A stretch of DNA of 64,000 nt. It comes from Candidatus Latescibacterota bacterium. GTDB lineage: Bacteria > Latescibacterota > UBA2968 > GCA-2709665. Of the stretch, positions 58,448 to 64,000 are shown piece by piece (the first letter of the stretch is position 1; each line of letters begins with the position of its first letter). The position numbers and the translations under genes were made by a program. A model generated the notes under the pieces. That model ran no database searches and had not been told where the DNA came from. It saw nothing but the letters and a program-made list of their open reading frames with translations. The stretch spans positions 1,792,001 to 1,856,000 of the forward strand of contig OZ220733.1 of NCBI GenBank assembly GCA_965116875.1. The letters run 5' to 3'.

Positions 58448-60844
58448 ATGCCTGTAGAACTCACAAAAGCCGACCTCGAAGCCGCGCTGCCGGATGTGAC
58501 CTCCACGCTGCGCCTGCCAGGGCTGATCGACGCCGTTACGATCTATCGGGACCGGTGGGGCATACCGCACATTCGGGCCGGGAACGAACACGACGTCTTC
58601 TTCGCGCAGGGTTTCGCAACAGCCCAGGACCGGCTCTGGCATATGGACTACGACCGGTACCGGGCGCTGGGCCGTTGGGCGGAAATCGCCGGCCGGGACG
58701 GCGTTGACCAGGACCGGTTGTTGCGAACGGCGGGAATGGGACGCACGGCGCGGCTGGACTACGAGGCGGCGGGCGCCGAGGCGAAGGCGATGGTGGACGC
58801 CTACACCGCGGGCGTGAACGCGTTCATGGAAACAGCGCCGGCGTATCCGATCGAATACAAACTCCTGGACATGTCGCCCGAACCGTGGGAAAACTGGCAC
58901 TGTATTGCCGTCTACAAGATGCGCAATACCCTGCTGGGAACGTTCGAGCCGAAACTGTTCCGTACGCGTCTGGCCCTCAGAATCGGCCCTGAGAACGCAG
59001 CGCGCGTCATCAAGGGGTATCCCGGCGGCCATCTGCTCACCGTACCCCCCGGCGAGGTGTATCGGGGGCCCGACGTAGACGGGCTGGACGAACTCACCAG
59101 GGCGCTGGAGGACGTCAACTGGCTGAAGGAGGCGGACGCCGGTTCCAACGCCTGGTCGATTTCGGGGGAACGTACCCGATCGGGGATGCCGCTGATGGGT
59201 GGAGATTCTCACAGGGCTCTGGATACGCCGAGCGTCTACTATCAGGCCCACCTCTCCTGCCCCGAATTTTCGATTGTCGGCTCCTCGATACCCGGGGTGC
59301 CCGGGATCCTGCACTTCTGCCACAACGAGCACGTGGGCTGGGGAATGACCTACGGGAATGCCGACACGCAGGACCTCTTCGTGGAGCGCTTCCGGGACAG
59401 GGCCGGCCGGCGGGAGTATGCATTCGGGGACGCGTGGAGACAGGCTGTAGTCCTGCGTGAGACAATCGAAGTACGGAACGCCGAGGCGGTAGAAATCGAA
59501 GTGACGATCACGCATCACGGCCCTGTGATCGCTGGCGAACCCGATGCCGGATACGGAATTGCGATCAGCGATCCAGGCCTCATCGACGGCACCCCGTGGC
59601 TGGACGCCGCAAGGGAGGCGATGTTCTCGACCACCGTCGAGGAACTGCACGGCGCATTCGAGAAATGGACCGACCGGGTGAACAACTATGCGGTTGTGGA
59701 CGTCCAGGGCGGTTTCGGATATCTGCACGAGGGAAAGATACCCATACGCACCGAGGCCAATGGATGGCGGGCGGTACCGGGGTGGACCGGGGAATACGAG
59801 TGGGAGGGGTATATCCCTCATGGCGACCTGCCCCGGGCGATCTCTCCGCAGGCCGGGTACGCGGTGACGTGCAACCAGCGCGTGGCAGGACACGAGTATC
59901 CGTACTACGTCGGGCTGTATTTCAGTCCCGAATATCGGGCCAGAAGACTTCAACTGGACATACTGGATCTGAAACCGGGGACGGCAACCGTGGAGGATAT
60001 GGCGCGCATGCACGCCGACAGGACCTCCATTCCGGCGAAGATATTTACACAGGCGCTTCTTCGGATAAAGGCGCCGGATGCGGCGTCCGGGCGGGCCCTG
60101 GCGCTCTTGCGCGAATGGGACTATCGCATGGACCGGGACCTGCCTCAGCCGACGATCTATTCGCAGACCCGCCTGTGCGCCACGCGGACCCTGGCGGAGC
60201 ACCTGCTGGGCGACATGGCGGACCCGGCGCTGGAGGGCGCCTCAGGAGCGGAAGCGCACATCCGGATGATCGTACTTGAGATGATCCTGGGCATCGAGAG
60301 GAGCGACGGGACCATGTTGCCGGAGGGGACCCGTTGGGAAGACCTTCTTGCGGAGAGTCTCAAGCAGGCCGTTGCGGACCTCAGGGAGCGCCTGGGCGAT
60401 GAAATGTCGGAGTGGCGGTGGGGCCGCGTCCACCATACCCGTCCGAAGCATCCACTGTCGCGGGTTTTTCCGAAATGCGCGCCGCTTCTGGATCCGCCCT
60501 GCCTGCCGACGCATGGGGACGGGGACGTGCCGCTGGCCGGCGGGTACGACGTGGGCGAGCCCTTCATTGCGACGGGGATGTCGGTAAACCGGTATATTCA
60601 CGATCCGTCGGACTGGAGCAATTCGTTGTGGATCGTGCCGCTGGGGGCGTCCGGCCATCCCGGAAGCGCGCATTATTCCGACCAGGCGCGACTCTGGGCC
60701 GACGTGGGATATATCCCGCAACTGTGGGACTGGGAGACCATTGCCTCGGAGGCGGAGACACGACAGGTTCTGGAGCCGGACGAGGGCGCGGGGTGTCGAG
60801 CTACGACAGTGTCCGGGCGCCCACAAGGGACGCCCCTACATTAA
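58448..60844 (+). CDS. Penicillin acylase / Ntn-hydrolase family S45 protein
   Basis: RDRWGIPHI, AQDRLW, GSNAW nucleophile, DSH, DTQDL, GASGHPGSAHYSDQ. Confidence 0.93.
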   Translation: MPVELTKADLEAALPDVTSTLRLPGLIDAVTIYRDRWGIPHIRAGNEHDVFFAQGFATAQDRLWHMDYDRYRALGRWAEIAGRDGVDQDRLLRTAGMGRTARLDYEAAGAEAKAMVDAYTAGVNAFMETAPAYPIEYKLLDMSPEPWENWHCIAVYKMRNTLLGTFEPKLFRTRLALRIGPENAARVIKGYPGGHLLTVPPGEVYRGPDVDGLDELTRALEDVNWLKEADAGSNAWSISGERTRSGMPLMGGDSHRALDTPSVYYQAHLSCPEFSIVGSSIPGVPGILHFCHNEHVGWGMTYGNADTQDLFVERFRDRAGRREYAFGDAWRQAVVLRETIEVRNAEAVEIEVTITHHGPVIAGEPDAGYGIAISDPGLIDGTPWLDAAREAMFSTTVEELHGAFEKWTDRVNNYAVVDVQGGFGYLHEGKIPIRTEANGWRAVPGWTGEYEWEGYIPHGDLPRAISPQAGYAVTCNQRVAGHEYPYYVGLYFSPEYRARRLQLDILDLKPGTATVEDMARMHADRTSIPAKIFTQALLRIKAPDAASGRALALLREWDYRMDRDLPQPTIYSQTRLCATRTLAEHLLGDMADPALEGASGAEAHIRMIVLEMILGIERSDGTMLPEGTRWEDLLAESLKQAVADLRERLGDEMSEWRWGRVHHTRPKHPLSRVFPKCAPLLDPPCLPTHGDGDVPLAGGYDVGEPFIATGMSVNRYIHDPSDWSNSLWIVPLGASGHPGSAHYSDQARLWADVGYIPQLWDWETIASEAETRQVLEPDEGAGCRATTVSGRPQGTPLH

Positions 60845-60921
60845 CCAAACAACCGCAAATCGATCTGCCTGGGTTACGCGCCGACCTTGCACTTGTAGGG
60901 GCGTCCCTTGTGGGCGCCCGG
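60813..60921. repeat. Inverted GTAG-REP doublet (REPIN-like)
   Basis: 60813-60840 and 60894-60921 are exact 28-bp reverse complements. Confidence 0.85.
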
Positions 60922-60957
60922 CTGACGGCTGAATCCTTTTCTATAAGGAGAGGCGAA

Positions 60958-61293
60958 ATGGTACAAATCGTCAAACCGGACCAGAGGGACATGAAGCTGT
61001 ACGATGCGCCCGGCGCGAAGGTACACGTATCCGATCCGATCCTCGGCAAGGACGACTGCCTCGCCGCGGGATTCACGGAATACCTCGAACCCAGCCGGCT
61101 GGAATGGACCTTCGACTACAACGAGGTTTTCTTCATGCTGAAGGGTGGGCTGGAAGTCCACGCCGAAGGACAGGAGCCGGTGCGTTTCGAAGTCGGAGAT
61201 CTGGGCTATATAGAGAAGGGAACGTCAACCGTGATCACGGTTCCGGAGGGCGCGCTGCTGCTGCATGTCACACAGCCGGCGTGGCGGGAATAG
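60958..61293 (+). CDS. Cupin-domain protein (EutQ-like)
   Basis: AAGFTEY, WTFDYNEV, GDLGYIEKG; RBS AAGGAGAGG. Confidence 0.75.
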   Translation: MVQIVKPDQRDMKLYDAPGAKVHVSDPILGKDDCLAAGFTEYLEPSRLEWTFDYNEVFFMLKGGLEVHAEGQEPVRFEVGDLGYIEKGTSTVITVPEGALLLHVTQPAWRE

Positions 61294-61324
61294 GAAAGAA
61301 CCAGGGTGTCATTCAACGGAGCGT

Positions 61325-62386
61325 TCAATTGAACCCGGGTGCGACGTGTTCGGAGAACATGCGCAGGGACTTGCAGACCAGATCGGGATGCAGGTCTCCA
61401 ATGCGGGTCCAGCCCATAAAGTTCTGTAGCCCGGTGTGTTTCCGGATCCAGCCGATTTTGTCGGCCACGAAGTCCGGATCGCCTACGATGGCGTGTTCGG
61501 CCAGGATTTCGTCGAAGCTGATATTCGAGAATTTCTGCTTCAGTTCCTGGTAGAATTCCATCTGGCCGGGAGGCGCGATCTCCGGCGGGGGCGCGATCAC
61601 CTCGGCGAGCAGGGTGCGGAAATACCACATGAGCTGATCGTGACACTCCTCTCGGGCCTTATCGGTGGTTTCGGCGACGTATAGAAACCTCGCAAGGGGG
61701 AAGTCCAGCTTGCCGGAGAGCCCGCACGCGTCCGCCGTCTTGTGGTACGCCTCGTATAACTCGAAAACCTGATCGTAGGGATGCAGGAACGAGGTCAGGA
61801 CGTTGTAGCCGTTTTTGATGACCCATTCGTACGTTGAGGGACTCACCGCCGCGACGTAAACCGGTGGATGCGGCTGTTGTACCGGCTTCGGGATGACGTT
61901 GACTTTCCGGACCTTGTGGAATTTGCCGTCGTATTCCACGGGGCCGGTCCAGGCTTTCAGGATGATTTCCAGTTCTTCCTGAAAGCGTTCGCGGCTTTCC
62001 TCCGGATCGATGCCCCAGTTGTGAAACTCCTCCAGCTGGTAGCCGCGCCCCACGCCGAAGAGGAGCCTCCCTCTGGACATGATATCCACGGTAGCGAAGT
62101 CTTCCGCGACGATGACAGGGTTATGGAAGGGCAGCACGATGACCGCCGTACCGATTTTGATACGCTCGGTAATGGCGGACGCGTACGCGGCCATGGTGTG
62201 GATGGACGGGGTAATCGAATAGTAGTTGGCGCCCGGCGCCTTGTGGTCGAAGTGATGTTCGGCCAGCCAGATGGCGTCCCAGCCCAGTTCGTCCATGAGC
62301 CTGAACTGCTCGAACGCTTCGTGGTAGACCTCTGCGTGGTCTTTTCCGGGCGGGGTCTCCAGCAGGTAGAATTGGCCGAATTGCAT
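61325..62386 (-). CDS. LLM-class flavin-dependent oxidoreductase
   Basis: WLAEHHF, IGTAVIVLP, AEDFATVD, GVGRGY, PKPVQQPHPP. Start MQFGQF after AGGAG. Confidence 0.92.
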   Translation of the reverse strand: MQFGQFYLLETPPGKDHAEVYHEAFEQFRLMDELGWDAIWLAEHHFDHKAPGANYYSITPSIHTMAAYASAITERIKIGTAVIVLPFHNPVIVAEDFATVDIMSRGRLLFGVGRGYQLEEFHNWGIDPEESRERFQEELEIILKAWTGPVEYDGKFHKVRKVNVIPKPVQQPHPPVYVAAVSPSTYEWVIKNGYNVLTSFLHPYDQVFELYEAYHKTADACGLSGKLDFPLARFLYVAETTDKAREECHDQLMWYFRTLLAEVIAPPPEIAPPGQMEFYQELKQKFSNISFDEILAEHAIVGDPDFVADKIGWIRKHTGLQNFMGWTRIGDLHPDLVCKSLRMFSEHVAPGFN

Positions 62387-62573
62387 CGAAGATCTCCTGA
62401 ATTTTCGTGACTCGCTACCGGTTTTCAACGGGCTGTTAAGGTAAAGATCGGCCCGTTGATGTCAAGCGGTTTTCCGGGTCGATGGCGGACGATGGAACGC
62501 CTTCGAGGGAGTGGATTTTGCCCGTCGTTCGCGGTGCAGACCGATGTTTCCTCAAGGTACACGGGAGATTGTG

Positions 62574-64000
62574 ATGACTTTGAATCGAATCGGCGCCGGC
62601 AGGCTTTTGCTGTTCGGAGTCCTGTTGGCCGGATGTGCTTCGAAGCGAAACGAGTCCCGGACGATCACCTACTCGCCTGAGACGGCCAGGCTGGTCAGCC
62701 ACGTGACGTCCGACCTCATCCGCGCGGGAGACCTCATTCGCGTACGATTCGTGTCGCCTGTCGTACCGGGTGACCGGGTCGGGCAGAGCCCCGGGAAGAC
62801 CGTGTTCACGTTCGCACCGCGCATCGCCGGGACCGCCCGCTGGGGGGACCGGCGCACCCTTCTCTTTCAACCGGATGCTCCGCTTCCGTTCCGGCGGCAA
62901 TACCGGGGGTCCCTGGATCTCGCCGCCCTGTTCCCGCAGCGGAGAGACCTGCGGCCGCTGGAGTTTGCGTTTCAGGTCGCCGGCCGGGAGATCGTTTCGT
63001 TGAACGCGGATTTCGAGTTGTGCGAAAAAGACGATCCGCGGCGCGTGGTCTACAAAGGGCGGGTCGTGTTCAGCGAAGAGACCTCGCTGGAACAGGTGCG
63101 CCGGGCCGGCCGGCTGTCTCTGGGCCGGGAGCCGCTCGCCATGGCGTGGAAGGCGGATGAGGAGGGGTATACCTTCGCGTTTGTCTCAGACCCCATCGCG
63201 CGGGGGACGGCCAGTCGAGAGCTCCGTTTCAGCCTCGACAGAGAGGGTTTGGAGATATCGCGGGACTACAGGGACAAAAGGACGGTGGCTCCCGTAACCG
63301 AGATGAGAATCGTCAAAGTCGAAGGGCGGGAAGATGAGCGGCAGCCAGGCCTCACGGTCGAAATGACGGACGACGTGGACCCCTACCAGGACCTCCGCGG
63401 GCTGATTGCCGTGGACCCGCCGATGGATATCAGGATCAGCGCGGCGGGCAGGAGAATCCACGTGAGCGGGGCGTTTGAGCACGGCCGGCACTATACGTTC
63501 AGGGTTTATCCCGGCATTCGCAGCAGATGGGGATCGGCGACGGCCACGGAACATACCGAAACGGTCCAGATTCCGGACCTGAAACCCCAGATTCGATTTT
63601 CCGAAGACGGGATGATTCTGCCAACGATCAACCGCCAGCGCGTGCGGTTCCGGACCGTGAACGTGAACCGGGCCAGGTTGCAGATCAAGCAGGTATTCGA
63701 CTCGAACCTGGGCCAGTTCCTGCAACGTCAGAACCTGAAAAGCGGCGCGGACCGCAGGCGGGAATTCTCCTCGTGGGAGGTCAACCGCGTTGGCGTTGGG
63801 ATTGTGGATACGGTCCTGGAGATCGGCCAGGTCCGCAACCGGTGGCTGCAACACGAACTGGACCTGAACGCACTGCTCGATCCGACCGAAAAGGGGCCGC
63901 TTCTGCTCAGTCTTAGCTATAAGCACGTTGACATGCTGTACGGCGCGCCGGGCGAGGCAGAGGAAGCGAGAAAGCAGTGGCGGTGGAACCGGGGGTTATG
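62574..64000 (+). CDS. Bacterial alpha-2-macroglobulin family lipoprotein, 3' end runs off the window
   Basis: Manual translation MTLNRIGAGRLLLFGVLLAGC (lipobox)...FAPRIAGTARWGDRRTLLFQP...LKPQIRFSEDGMILP...FRTVNV...VFDSNLGQFLQ. Confidence 0.78.
   Translation, partial: MTLNRIGAGRLLLFGVLLAGCASKRNESRTITYSPETARLVSHVTSDLIRAGDLIRVRFVSPVVPGDRVGQSPGKTVFTFAPRIAGTARWGDRRTLLFQPDAPLPFRRQYRGSLDLAALFPQRRDLRPLEFAFQVAGREIVSLNADFELCEKDDPRRVVYKGRVVFSEETSLEQVRRAGRLSLGREPLAMAWKADEEGYTFAFVSDPIARGTASRELRFSLDREGLEISRDYRDKRTVAPVTEMRIVKVEGREDERQPGLTVEMTDDVDPYQDLRGLIAVDPPMDIRISAAGRRIHVSGAFEHGRHYTFRVYPGIRSRWGSATATEHTETVQIPDLKPQIRFSEDGMILPTINRQRVRFRTVNVNRARLQIKQVFDSNLGQFLQRQNLKSGADRRREFSSWEVNRVGVGIVDTVLEIGQVRNRWLQHELDLNALLDPTEKGPLLLSLSYKHVDMLYGAPGEAEEARKQWRWNRGL

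Overview
GC-rich bacterial chromosome segment that contains the replication origin region. Left of ~45 kb most genes are on the minus strand: dnaA, a 911-bp DnaA-box spacer, dnaN, recF, DUF721, gyrB, gyrA, then tRNA-Asp, mfd, surA, ftsEX-envC, argF, tmk, an S41 protease, an ATP-grasp protein, larE, def, PHP, pncB and moaDE. Right of it lie rpmH, rnpA, a decayed yidD, yidC, mnmE and rsmG, with two parS sites but no mnmG or parAB. The left end holds a sigma54 two-component system divergent from an ABC permease and a cytoplasmic polysaccharide-lyase/CocE cluster. The right end holds catabolic enzymes and the start of an alpha-2-macroglobulin. Most unusual observations: (1) an XRE helix-turn-helix domain fused in frame to a methylmalonyl-CoA mutase large subunit, with an upstream palindrome and an internal parS; (2) two unrelated MITE families carrying the same covarying stem/AA-bulge structure; (3) a second DnaA-box/AT-rich/IHF-like cluster 9.4 kb from dnaA; (4) a larE-pncB-moaD(C-terminally extended)-moaE-ATP-grasp neighbourhood. 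No transposase, CRISPR array or rRNA was seen. All calls come from reading motifs by eye; no database searches were run.
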